The position numbers and the translations under genes were made by a program. 64,000 nucleotides of DNA from an uncultured Candidatus Binatia bacterium (GTDB taxonomy: Bacteria > Desulfobacterota > Binatia > Bin18), in the NCBI GenBank assembly GCA_965218395.1, contig OZ244620.1:1342930-1406929 (forward strand). The letters run 5' to 3'. How positions within the stretch are numbered: position 1 is the first letter of the stretch; every line of letters begins with the position of its first letter. Under the pieces are notes generated by a model. The model saw only the letters and a list, made by a program, of their open reading frames with translations. It was not told the origin of the DNA and searched no databases. This document shows positions 48,070 through 57,837 of the stretch, piece after piece.

Positions 48070-49773
48070 TCAGTTCTCACCCGCCCGGAGCACCTGTCCC
48101 GGCAGGCCGCCGACATGTTCTCCCTCTTCGTACAGCACTTGTCCGTTGACAATCGTGTATATAATACCTTCCGACTGCGTCACGAGCCGCCGCCCGCCGC
48201 CGGGTAGATCATGACGTACCTCCGGGCGTTCCGGAGAGCGAACGGTGGTCAGGTCAAAAATTGTGATGTCAGCCGCCATTCCGGGCTGCAACAGGCCGCG
48301 CCGGGGAAGGCCGAAATACTGCGCCGGCTCGGAGGTGATGCGCTTCACCGCATGTTCCAGCGTAATCGCCTGTTTGTCGCGCACGAACGTGCCTAACAGA
48401 TAGGTTGGATAGCCCGCGTTACACAGCATGTCGACGTGCGCACCACCGTCGGAGATGCCAATCAGCGTGCGTGGGTCGCTGAACTTCTTTGCCACCCGTT
48501 CCTCATTGATATCGAGCCGCGGCAGCATGTAGTCAATTTGGAGCCCGTCTTCAAGCGAGAGATCAAAGAAGGTGTCGAGTGGCGCCACGCCACGAGCATG
48601 GGCTATCTGTGCGATCGTTTTCCACTCAAGCGCCTTGAGGGCGGGCTGCGTCGCTTCCTTCACCTGCGTATTCTTCCAGATGTCACGCAAAAGCGGACGG
48701 TGTTCCAGGTCAACAGCAAACGCGCGGCGAAACTCCGCGTCCGCATAGGTCCGCTTTTGATCTGCGAGCGAGGCATCACCGAATACCGGTTTCATCGAGC
48801 GCATACTGGCGAACAAGAACGGGTTGCGCAAATTAAACTCAACCGTCAGTGGCCGCACCGCAACTTGCGGGCGGCAACCGCGGGCGAGCAGCGGCGCAAC
48901 CTGGTCCAGGGTATCAGTCCACGCTTCCGGTGCGTCATCCCGGTCGCGCAGATTGAGCCAGGTGACGGGCCGTCCGCTCTCCGCCGCGAGCAACTCAAGC
49001 AGCGCGTATTCTTTTTCGGAAACCGTGCTCGGCTGTTTCGTCAGCGCGATTTCAATTGTGCCCCGACCCCGTTGTCCGAGCAGCCTGGAATAGGCTCGCA
49101 ATTCAGCCTGGCTGGCCAAACGGCAGGCCAGCGGTTTCGCTTTGTAGCCGATATGCTGGGGCAGGACCGTGAGAGAGAAGCCCAGGGCACCGGCCTCAAG
49201 CGCCTCGCCCAGCAGCGCGCCGATCTTGCCCGTTTCTGCCTGTGTGGCCTCACGCTCCATAGCCTCGTCCCCCATGACGAACTGACGGAACGGAGACAGG
49301 GCGGCCAGGAATCCGACGTTGATACCAATCCCACGCCGCGCGGCCGCGTCCATATACTGCGGGAAACTTTCCCAGTCCCACGGCAGGCCCTGACTGAGAA
49401 CCTCGTAGGGAATGGCCTCAACGTGGACAAGGTTCGAGGTCGCAATAGCGCGCTCCTCGGGCTTGCAGGGGGCCAGTCCGACACCGCAATTGCCCAGGAT
49501 CACGCTGGTCACGCCATGCCAGGATGAACAGGTGACCAGCGGGTCCCAACAGATTTGGGCGTCGTAGTGGGTATGCGGATCAATAAAGCCCGACGCAACA
49601 ATGAGATCCGAAGCGTCGATGACGCGCGCGGCCCCAGCCGTGATCCTGTCCGAGCCTTTGCCTATCTCAACGATACGGCCAGCGCGGACTGCCAGGTCGG
49701 CACGAAAGGCGGGTCTCCCGCTCCCATCAACGACTGTTCCATTTTTTACGAGTAGATCGTAGGCCATTACCAT
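48070..49773 (-). CDS. N-acyl-D-amino-acid deacylase-like amidohydrolase
   Basis: GFIDPHTHYD, GNCG, SDGGAH. Confidence 0.9.
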   Translation of the reverse strand: MVMAYDLLVKNGTVVDGSGRPAFRADLAVRAGRIVEIGKGSDRITAGAARVIDASDLIVASGFIDPHTHYDAQICWDPLVTCSSWHGVTSVILGNCGVGLAPCKPEERAIATSNLVHVEAIPYEVLSQGLPWDWESFPQYMDAAARRGIGINVGFLAALSPFRQFVMGDEAMEREATQAETGKIGALLGEALEAGALGFSLTVLPQHIGYKAKPLACRLASQAELRAYSRLLGQRGRGTIEIALTKQPSTVSEKEYALLELLAAESGRPVTWLNLRDRDDAPEAWTDTLDQVAPLLARGCRPQVAVRPLTVEFNLRNPFLFASMRSMKPVFGDASLADQKRTYADAEFRRAFAVDLEHRPLLRDIWKNTQVKEATQPALKALEWKTIAQIAHARGVAPLDTFFDLSLEDGLQIDYMLPRLDINEERVAKKFSDPRTLIGISDGGAHVDMLCNAGYPTYLLGTFVRDKQAITLEHAVKRITSEPAQYFGLPRRGLLQPGMAADITIFDLTTVRSPERPEVRHDLPGGGRRLVTQSEGIIYTIVNGQVLYEEGEHVGGLPGQVLRAGEN

Positions 49774-49804
49774 TGCCCCCTTTTCTTTTGTCTTGGGTGC
49801 TTTC

Positions 49805-51589
49805 CTAATCACTGCCTGTGGCAAGGGCGAGTTCGGGCTGCTCCCGCGGTCCGATCTGCCAGGTACGGGCGAGGTCCTGAGCCCGCACCATGCGCGCATA
49901 GGCCCGGTCATGAACCAGCAGACTCTCGTGCGTGCCCTGCTCCACCACCCGGCCGTGGTCCAGGACCACGATCAGGTCGGCGTTGCGGATGGTACTGAGA
50001 CGATGGGCTATGGCCACGGTGGTGCGTTGCGCGGTGAGGCGCGAAATCGCCTCCTGGATCAAATGTTCGGTTTCGGTGTCTACCGAAGAAGTCGCCTCGT
50101 CGAGGATCAGAATGGGGGCGTCTTTGAGCAGCGCCCGCGCAATGGACAAGCGCTGCTTTTGCCCGGCGGATAATCGGACCCCGCGCTCGCCAATGAGCGA
50201 GTCATAGCCCTGGGACAAACCGAGGATGAATTCCTCGGCGTTGGCCGCCCGCGCCGCGGTGCGCAGCTCGGCCTCCGAGGCGTCCGGCCGGCCAAAGAGA
50301 AGATTCTGGCGGACGGTGCCGTGGAAGAGAAAGACATCCTGCAACACCATGGCGATATTGCCGCGCAGAAAGTCGAGGTCCAAAGATTGCACCTCGTGTC
50401 CGCCAACGCGGACAGCACCGTGTTGGGGGTCGTAAAAGCGCGGAATGAGGTTGGTCACCGTGGTTTTTCCCGCACCGGTCGCGCCAACCAGGGCGACCAT
50501 GGTCCCGGCCGCAGCGGTGAGGTTGATATCGCTGAGAACCGGCCGGTCCGGCTGATAGCCAAAGGTGACGTCTTGGAACTCCACGTCCCAGCTCATTCGG
50601 GCCGGCCGCACGCCGTGGGGCGGGCTGACAATATCGGGCTGGAGATTGAGCAGTTCAAACACCCGCTCCGAACTGATCGTTGCCTTCTGGAGCGTGTCGT
50701 TGATATTGGCGAGTTGCAAAAAGGGCTGATAGATCTGGGTCAGATACACAATGAAGACAAACAAATCAGCCGCACTCACCCGACCGCCGAGCGCCATGAT
50801 GCCGCCCAGGAGCGCGATCAGCACCACCCCGACGCCGCTGGTGACTTCGATCACACCGACCGGAACGAACGACAGGGTACTGGCCCGCAGCATATCGTCC
50901 CGCAGCCGTTGGCTGCGGTGTTCGATTGCCCGCGCCTGAAGCTTTTCCTGAACAAACGACTTGATGACCGTCACACCGGACAGATTATCCTGCACTTGGG
51001 CGGTCAGGTCTTCGAGACGCTGCCGCACGGGACGCCACTCGGTGCGGACTTTTGACACCGAGCGAAAGACGATCCAACTGGCCACCGGCAGCGGCAGCAG
51101 GGCGACCAGGGCGAGCTGCCAGTTCAGATAAAACAGCACACAGATCATAGCCGTCGGCAGCACAAAAGCGTTGATCGTTTCCGGAATCCCGTGAGCGATA
51201 AAATCCTCGATGGCCTCAATGTCATTGATCGAGCGGGCAATCAGCCCGCCGGTGCGTTGCGTATGGAAAAAGCTGTGGGGCAGACTCTGGAGATGGGTAT
51301 ACACCCGGACCATGAGGCTGTGCAGAACATCGAAGGACACCTCGTGAGAGAAACGCCCATAGCCATACCGAAACAGCCCCCGACCGATATACACCACCAG
51401 CAGCAGCCCGGTAATGACGAGTAGGGCGGGCAGCGTTCCACCCCCCTCGGTGATCCACTGAATAATCCGGCGGATGAGCAGCGGCGGCACCAGACCGGTG
51501 CCGGCGAAGAGCAGACCGCAGGCGACCGCCAGCAGCATCTTCTTTTGGCTGGCGCGCAATAATTGCAACAGACTCAGCAGGGTGGGCAT
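49805..51589 (-). CDS. ABC exporter, fused permease and ATPase
   Basis: TM helices, GATGAGKT, LSAGQKQR, ILDEATS, IAHRLST. Confidence 0.93.
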   Translation of the reverse strand: MPTLLSLLQLLRASQKKMLLAVACGLLFAGTGLVPPLLIRRIIQWITEGGGTLPALLVITGLLLVVYIGRGLFRYGYGRFSHEVSFDVLHSLMVRVYTHLQSLPHSFFHTQRTGGLIARSINDIEAIEDFIAHGIPETINAFVLPTAMICVLFYLNWQLALVALLPLPVASWIVFRSVSKVRTEWRPVRQRLEDLTAQVQDNLSGVTVIKSFVQEKLQARAIEHRSQRLRDDMLRASTLSFVPVGVIEVTSGVGVVLIALLGGIMALGGRVSAADLFVFIVYLTQIYQPFLQLANINDTLQKATISSERVFELLNLQPDIVSPPHGVRPARMSWDVEFQDVTFGYQPDRPVLSDINLTAAAGTMVALVGATGAGKTTVTNLIPRFYDPQHGAVRVGGHEVQSLDLDFLRGNIAMVLQDVFLFHGTVRQNLLFGRPDASEAELRTAARAANAEEFILGLSQGYDSLIGERGVRLSAGQKQRLSIARALLKDAPILILDEATSSVDTETEHLIQEAISRLTAQRTTVAIAHRLSTIRNADLIVVLDHGRVVEQGTHESLLVHDRAYARMVRAQDLARTWQIGPREQPELALATGSD

Positions 51590-51597
51590 ACGCCTCC

Positions 51598-52728
51598 TTA
51601 TGCGTCCAAATGGTATATTCTGGCGGTATTGCCGCCGACAATCCTGGCTCGCTCCTCCTCGCTGCACTCACTCAGAATCTCGTTGAGAATCTGCTGTGAC
51701 CGGGGAAAGGTGCATTCGGGATGAGGGTAGTCCGACCCCCACAGGAGATTGTCCACGCCGATAAAATGCCGGTCTCTGATGCCCAGGGCGTCTTCCTGAA
51801 AGCTGATAAAGGCGTTGCGGTGGAAATAGTCGCTGGGCAGCATGTCCTCCTTGAATCGATACGCGCCGTGCTGCGGTCTCTGGGTATAGGTATAGTCCAG
51901 ACGTTCGAGGAAATGAGACGCCCAGGAGACCTCCTGCTCGATTGAGCCCACCCGGAGTTTCGGATAGCGCTCGAAGACCCCACTCAAAATCAGGCGGGCG
52001 AGCGACATGCGCACCCAGTGATCCACATTCACCAAGGCCGGGTAGTCTATGGCCTCAAGGCTGCTCTCATCGATATAGCCCGAACCCGGCCGATTGGTCG
52101 CCAGATGGAGACTGAGCGGCAGGTCCAAATCCTGGGCAGCCGCCCATAACGGTTCGTACATCGGTCGATCGTACGACTTCTGCTCGGCCGGATAGACAGA
52201 GATCATCGCCCCGACCAGCCCCAGTTTGGCGCAGCGCTCCATCTCACGAATACCCGACTGGACATCGTCGATGTCGAGCATGGCGATGCCTTTCAGACGG
52301 TCGGGGAAGGCGCCGCAGAACTCGGCCAGCCAGCTATTATACGCGTGGCATAAGGCGGACAGCAGTGCGCTATCCGGATGGCCGTACAGCAACAGCCCCT
52401 GGCTGGGATAGAGCAGCGCGACATCAATGCCATCCGCGTCCATATCTGTAATGCGCGCTTCGGGGATATAGGCTCCAGGCCGGACATTGTCCATGCTATC
52501 GGCAAAGCTCATCTTTTCCGGGGCCTCGAATCGCATCCCCATCTGCGATCCGCCCGACCCGCCACTGGCTCCGATGAGTCCGTCGCACACCCACCAGTCG
52601 GTGCCATCCTCCGCGCGGTGGACCACGTGGGGAGCGCGGTCTCTGAACTTCTCCTCAACCCGGCTCGTCCACAGATCGGCCGGCTCAAAAACATGGTCGT
52701 CCGACGATATGACTCTCCGGCGCGCCAT
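51598..52728 (-). CDS. Amidohydrolase_2 family protein
   Basis: ISSDDHVFEP, WGSDYPHPE; close paralog of 12329-13510. Confidence 0.9.
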   Translation of the reverse strand: MARRRVISSDDHVFEPADLWTSRVEEKFRDRAPHVVHRAEDGTDWWVCDGLIGASGGSGGSQMGMRFEAPEKMSFADSMDNVRPGAYIPEARITDMDADGIDVALLYPSQGLLLYGHPDSALLSALCHAYNSWLAEFCGAFPDRLKGIAMLDIDDVQSGIREMERCAKLGLVGAMISVYPAEQKSYDRPMYEPLWAAAQDLDLPLSLHLATNRPGSGYIDESSLEAIDYPALVNVDHWVRMSLARLILSGVFERYPKLRVGSIEQEVSWASHFLERLDYTYTQRPQHGAYRFKEDMLPSDYFHRNAFISFQEDALGIRDRHFIGVDNLLWGSDYPHPECTFPRSQQILNEILSECSEEERARIVGGNTARIYHLDA

Positions 52729-52742
52729 AGCACTTCCTCCCT

Positions 52743-54485
52743 TTATACGGCCGCTCCGTGGCGGAGCAGTTTACCCGGGGTCGCCTGGGTACACTGCCCG
52801 TCCTCGAAGATGACGACCCCGTTGACCAGAATCTGCCGATAGCCTTCGGCTTTCTGCACGCGTCGCCATTCGTTGGTCGGCAGATCGTGCACTACCTCTT
52901 CCGGCAGCGAGCGAAGCTGCTCCAGTGCATACACCACGATGTCCGCCGCCATGCCGACGCGCAGGCTGCCTCTATCTTTGAAGCCGGCTGCCCAGGCCGG
53001 CATCCCGCTCAACCGAAAATGTGCTTCCTCCAAGCTGATGATCCCGGCATCCCGGACCAGCCAGGATAACACTTCAGTCGGATAGATGGCCGGCGTGATG
53101 AATTTGACGTGGGCCCCCCCGTCGGACAGGCCCGGCATGGTGTAGGGCGAATTCATGACATCCCGGTAGCCCTCGATATTGGCGTTAGTGGTCGGCCCCG
53201 CCCATTCGGTCCGCAGATCGTCCGCCACCGACAGGTCGAGCATGGCGTCAACCACATGCTTCTGTTCCCGCTCGGCAATCTGAGCCACCGAGAGCCCCTC
53301 ATAGGTAGTTTTGAGGGCAGGATTGCGAACCTTCCGGGCGATGTAGCGCGTCAACGCCCCAAAGGCGAGGTCCAAGGTTTCAAAGCCGCCCTGGTCGTAG
53401 TCCTGCCGCATGGCCCGACGCAGTTCAGGCTTGGACAGTTTCGCTTTCTTTTCTTCCACCGTTCCGAGCGTCGCCTCGCGCCACAGCGGGGAGCCATCGA
53501 ACATATTCCAGTGTTCGAGTGTCATCCGAACCGGTGCCCGGGCAGTCACCGCTTGGCCAAACACGCGCCGGCCGCGGTCATTCGCCTCGGCGATCCATTT
53601 GAGCTGCGACTGGTGCGACTCCGGATGGGCATCAAAAATCTCCACCGAGTTGTACAACAACGGCCGGCCACTCTCCGCCGCCAATTTTTCTAAAAAGATA
53701 AAGTCCGCCTCGATACCGAGCAGGCTTTCGCCCGCTCCGGATTGGGAAAACTGGATGCAGCCCTCCCCCCGTTCAGCCAGCGCTCGCCCCAGGGCCAGAT
53801 AGAATTCGTCCGGCAGGATGTCGGTAATCATCGGCGTGCCATCATAGTCGCGTTGGACCGAGATCCGGCTCTCCGGCACAAAACGCTGGGCCGACCAGCC
53901 CACCGCCCCGGCGTCCAAAGCCGTGTGCAGCTGACGGATAATGGCCTGCGTCTCCTGTTCGTTCGGAAACCGCTGCTTGGCCGCATCAAAGCCGCCCATC
54001 TCATACGCGACGGCTGGGGCCACTGGAAACAGGTGCGAGATATTGATCCCCAGCGGCATCCGGGCGAGCGCATCCATATATTGGGGAAAGGTCTCCCAAT
54101 CGGCCTGGATCGAGACTTTCATGGGCTCAAGCGGAATAGCCTCGTTGCGGGACAAAGCCAGCATGGCCCGCTCGGCATCCTGCGCGCGGAGCGGCGCAAA
54201 GCCAAAGCCACAGTTCCCGATCGTCACGGAGGTTACCCCATGCCAACTGCTGATGGTACAGTAGGCGTCCCAGTGAATCTGCGCGTCGTAATGGGTATGC
54301 AGGTCAATGAAGCCCGGCGCGACAATATGTCCGCTAGCATCAATCACGCTGGCTGCCTGACTGGTCTCGAGGTTGCCGATTGCCGCGATCAGGCCGCTCT
54401 TAATACCGATATCGGCTCGGTAGCGCGGCACCCGGGTGCCATCGACGACAGTCCCGTTTTTGATGATCGTATCAAATTGCGGCAT
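52743..54485 (-). CDS. N-acyl-D-amino-acid deacylase-like amidohydrolase
   Basis: GFIDLHTHYD, GNCG, SDGGAH. Confidence 0.9.
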   Translation of the reverse strand: MPQFDTIIKNGTVVDGTRVPRYRADIGIKSGLIAAIGNLETSQAASVIDASGHIVAPGFIDLHTHYDAQIHWDAYCTISSWHGVTSVTIGNCGFGFAPLRAQDAERAMLALSRNEAIPLEPMKVSIQADWETFPQYMDALARMPLGINISHLFPVAPAVAYEMGGFDAAKQRFPNEQETQAIIRQLHTALDAGAVGWSAQRFVPESRISVQRDYDGTPMITDILPDEFYLALGRALAERGEGCIQFSQSGAGESLLGIEADFIFLEKLAAESGRPLLYNSVEIFDAHPESHQSQLKWIAEANDRGRRVFGQAVTARAPVRMTLEHWNMFDGSPLWREATLGTVEEKKAKLSKPELRRAMRQDYDQGGFETLDLAFGALTRYIARKVRNPALKTTYEGLSVAQIAEREQKHVVDAMLDLSVADDLRTEWAGPTTNANIEGYRDVMNSPYTMPGLSDGGAHVKFITPAIYPTEVLSWLVRDAGIISLEEAHFRLSGMPAWAAGFKDRGSLRVGMAADIVVYALEQLRSLPEEVVHDLPTNEWRRVQKAEGYRQILVNGVVIFEDGQCTQATPGKLLRHGAAV

Positions 54486-54495
54486 AGCGCCCTCC

Positions 54496-55407
54496 TTATG
54501 GTGTGTTTTCTGAGCGGCCTGAACTTGACACCGGGCGGCGACCGGTGTGCAGGTCAGCCGCACAGACCCAATCGTGCTCGCCACGGCCGCTGGCAACTCC
54601 AGCCTCAAAGAGCCGGGTCAGGGCATCAAACATCTCGGGGTCAATGTCCGCGTCTCGACTGTAATTAGCAATCAGCCGGCTGATAACAACCATGACGCTG
54701 ACGCTGCTTTCAATCTTGTCGGGGTTGGTTGCAAAATCCTCTTGATGAGCCTTGTCCAGGATATCCGTCACCATCAACGGAATAGTCTTTTTGATGAAGG
54801 CTTCATACTGATAGAGGGGAACGCCTTCACTCCGGCAGATCTTCACCGCCTGGAGTAAACCGACCACCAGGGGAACAACAGGGATGATGCACGACAGGTC
54901 GAAGGCGGACGCGACCCCAGGGTTCTCGCCCAGAAAGAGGACGCCACCGAGCCGCTCCAGCATGGTCCGGCAGGTCGCAAAGGCCGCCGGGTCCCCGCTA
55001 CACAGAATCTGGAGCTGGGGGGTTCCCACCAGATTGGGATAACCAATGATCGCCCCGTCCAGATAGCGTCCACCGGCCGTGGTGATGTGGGCTCCCAACC
55101 GACGCGCTTCGTGCGGCGTGCCGGTCGTCAATTCAATGATGATTTTCCCTCTCAGCCGGCGCTGTTCATTTTCAAGTAGGGTCAGGCAGTCGGCACAGTT
55201 CGCGATATTGAAAATCGTCCACGGGCTGGCTTCAAGGGCCGCTCCAACAGAGTCGGCGACGGTCACCCCGGTCACGCCGGACTGGACCACCGCCTCGGCT
55301 TTCTGCCGGGTACGATTCCAGATTGTAAGTGGGGTCCCGCCCTTTGCCAGCGTGCGGACCAGGGCCGATCCCATTAGCCCGCAACCAATGACGCTGATCT
55401 CGCTCAT
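54496..55407 (-). CDS. NAD(P)-dependent oxidoreductase, imine reductase-like
   Basis: GCGLMG, WNRT, LTTGTP, YLDGAI, AFD. Confidence 0.8.
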   Translation of the reverse strand: MSEISVIGCGLMGSALVRTLAKGGTPLTIWNRTRQKAEAVVQSGVTGVTVADSVGAALEASPWTIFNIANCADCLTLLENEQRRLRGKIIIELTTGTPHEARRLGAHITTAGGRYLDGAIIGYPNLVGTPQLQILCSGDPAAFATCRTMLERLGGVLFLGENPGVASAFDLSCIIPVVPLVVGLLQAVKICRSEGVPLYQYEAFIKKTIPLMVTDILDKAHQEDFATNPDKIESSVSVMVVISRLIANYSRDADIDPEMFDALTRLFEAGVASGRGEHDWVCAADLHTGRRPVSSSGRSENTP

Positions 55408-55567
55408 AGCCCCCTCCTCTTCATCACCTACCATATTCTCGCGGAGAAAAGGAGTTGTCAGCTTTCCCTTTTAACCGCGGAACAAATCGGCTAGGACAGG
55501 TGGAAACACCTCGCTCGGCGGGACACGGACTTCCGTACGCCCTGCCGCGCAGGAGAAGGAGAGCAGC

Positions 55568-56437
55568 ATGACAGCCAACCGGACGTATGACATTGAGGTA
55601 GAAGACGTTGAATATCTCCGTCACGGGGATACGCCCTTACTGGCACGTTTATTCAAGCCGCGCGGGCCGGGGCCGTTTCCGGCCATTATCGAACTCCACG
55701 GCGGAGCCTGGTGTCTGGGCGACCGCCTGATGGATGTCGCCATCAACGAACCCCTGGCAAAAAGTGGGGTGGTCGTGGCCGCGCTCGACTTCCGGGTGCC
55801 GCCCGAGGCCTCGTATCCCGGCTCCCTGGCTGACATCAACTACGCCATCCGCTGGTTCAAGACACAAGCGACGAAGTTTGGTAGTCGCCCGGACCTGGTG
55901 GGCGCGTTAGGCAGCTCCAGTGGGGCCCATCAGGCCATACTGGCGGGTATGCGACCGGCCGATGCCAGATACGCGGCCCTCCCCTTGCCCGCCGGCGCGC
56001 CGGACGTGGATGCGAGCCTGGGCTGCGCCGTCCTGTGCTGGCCGGTTATCGATCCGCTGGCGCGTTACCATTATGCCAAGAAGCTGAAAGCGGGCGGGAA
56101 ACCCTACCCCGATTTAATAGACCTGGTGCTGCCCCTGCACGATAAGTACTGGAAGACCGAAGAGGCCATGGCCGAGGGCAATCCGGTCCTCGCCCTGGAA
56201 CGCGGCGAGCCGGTCGAGCTGCCGCCGGCGCTCTATATACAAGGCACCCAGGATAGAGCCCACCCCCGTCCCGACCTTGACCGTTTTGTCGAACACTACC
56301 GCCAGGCCGGCGGCCAGGTCGCCCTGGAGCTGTACGAGGGCGAGGCCGAGGGATTTATTATCAGGAATCCGTCTTCAGCAGCTTCCGCACAGGCCCTTGA
56401 GAAAATCATCGCCTTCGTTCACGCCCAACTCCGGTAA
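55568..56437 (+). CDS. Alpha/beta hydrolase (HSL-like)
   Basis: HGGAW, GSSSG, QG.QD. Confidence 0.85.
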   Translation: MTANRTYDIEVEDVEYLRHGDTPLLARLFKPRGPGPFPAIIELHGGAWCLGDRLMDVAINEPLAKSGVVVAALDFRVPPEASYPGSLADINYAIRWFKTQATKFGSRPDLVGALGSSSGAHQAILAGMRPADARYAALPLPAGAPDVDASLGCAVLCWPVIDPLARYHYAKKLKAGGKPYPDLIDLVLPLHDKYWKTEEAMAEGNPVLALERGEPVELPPALYIQGTQDRAHPRPDLDRFVEHYRQAGGQVALELYEGEAEGFIIRNPSSAASAQALEKIIAFVHAQLR

Positions 56438-56439
56438 AG

Positions 56440-57837
56440 ATGACCGCCTCTGATTTCGCGCAGTTGGGCATTGCTGATGTTGTCGGCCTGATTCGGGCCG
56501 GCCAACTCTCGCCGGTAGAGCTCGTGCGGTTTTGCCTCGACCGTATCGAGTCGCTCAATCCTGGGTTGAACGCCTACCTGACCGTCATGGCGGACGCGGC
56601 GCTGGCTGCGGCCAAAGCTGCGGAACAAGCGGTGGCGGCGGGAGACGCCCTCGGGCCGCTCCACGGCGTGCCCGTTGCGCTGAAGGACAACTGCGAAGTC
56701 GCCGGGGTTCGGCTGACCGGCGGGACTCCGTTCCTGAGAGATCACGTTGCGCCCGTCGATGCCGAGATCGTCGCGCGCCTGCGCCAGGCGGGCGCCATTA
56801 TTCTGGGCAAGCTCAATATGCACGAGTGGGCCATCGGCGGCACGACGCGCAATCCGCATTACGGCCCGTGTCATAACCCCTGGGACCCCACGCGTATTCC
56901 CGGCGGTTCCAGCGGGGGCTCGGGCGCAGCCGTTGCGGCGGATCTGGCCTTGGTCACAGTCGGCACGGATACGGGCGGGTCGGTACGTATTCCGGCGGCG
57001 CTGAATGGAGTCTGCGGTCTTCGACCGACGATGGGCCGCATCAGCAATCGGGGCGTTATCCCGGTCAGTTGGACCTTTGATACGGTTGGTCCGCTGGCCC
57101 GACGGGCAGAGGATATCGCGCACGTACTGCAAGTCCTGGCCGGTTATGATCCACACGATGTGACCTCGCGCGATCAGCCGACCGGGAATTATCTGGCCGG
57201 ACTCAACGACGGCGTCAGCGGCTGGCGTGTGGGCCTGCTCGGCGGACATTTCCAGACAGAGCCCCAGCCGGCGGTGGTGGCGCTCGTCACGCAAGCGGCC
57301 GGCGTGTTCGAAGAGCTGGGCGCCGACGTGGAGGAAGTGGAGCTAGACGGCGCGGCAGGAACGATTGAGCGCGCGAGTGAAATGCTCCTGGCGGACGCCG
57401 CCGCCTTTCATCAGGCCCGGCTTGCGGAACGGGCGGACGGTTTCGGACCGGACGTGCGGACGCGGCTGCGGATTGGCGCCCTGGTCAGCGGCAGCCAGTA
57501 TGCCCTCGCCCGCCAGGAGCAGCGCCGCTGGCAACGCCAGCTCTCTCAGACCTTCGAGCGCTACGATCTCCTCCTGGCACCGACCTGTGGCATTCCGGCT
57601 CCGCTCATCGAAGAAAGCGAAGGCGTGGAGACGACCCGGCTCCTGACCCGTTTCACCTATCCGTTCAGTTTAGCCCAACTGCCCGTGCTGAGCGTCCCGT
57701 GCGGGTTTACCCAAGGTCCGCTGCCGGTTGGCATGCAGCTCATAGCCCCGGCCTGGGCAGAGGCCGCTATCCTGCGCGCGGCCCAGGCGTATCAGCAGGC
57801 CACCGACTGGCATCTGCGACGGCCTAACGCGGAATAA
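56440..57837 (+). CDS. Amidase signature family enzyme
   Basis: GPLHGVPVALKD, GGSSGGS, GTDTGGSVR. Confidence 0.93.
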   Translation: MTASDFAQLGIADVVGLIRAGQLSPVELVRFCLDRIESLNPGLNAYLTVMADAALAAAKAAEQAVAAGDALGPLHGVPVALKDNCEVAGVRLTGGTPFLRDHVAPVDAEIVARLRQAGAIILGKLNMHEWAIGGTTRNPHYGPCHNPWDPTRIPGGSSGGSGAAVAADLALVTVGTDTGGSVRIPAALNGVCGLRPTMGRISNRGVIPVSWTFDTVGPLARRAEDIAHVLQVLAGYDPHDVTSRDQPTGNYLAGLNDGVSGWRVGLLGGHFQTEPQPAVVALVTQAAGVFEELGADVEEVELDGAAGTIERASEMLLADAAAFHQARLAERADGFGPDVRTRLRIGALVSGSQYALARQEQRRWQRQLSQTFERYDLLLAPTCGIPAPLIEESEGVETTRLLTRFTYPFSLAQLPVLSVPCGFTQGPLPVGMQLIAPAWAEAAILRAAQAYQQATDWHLRRPNAE

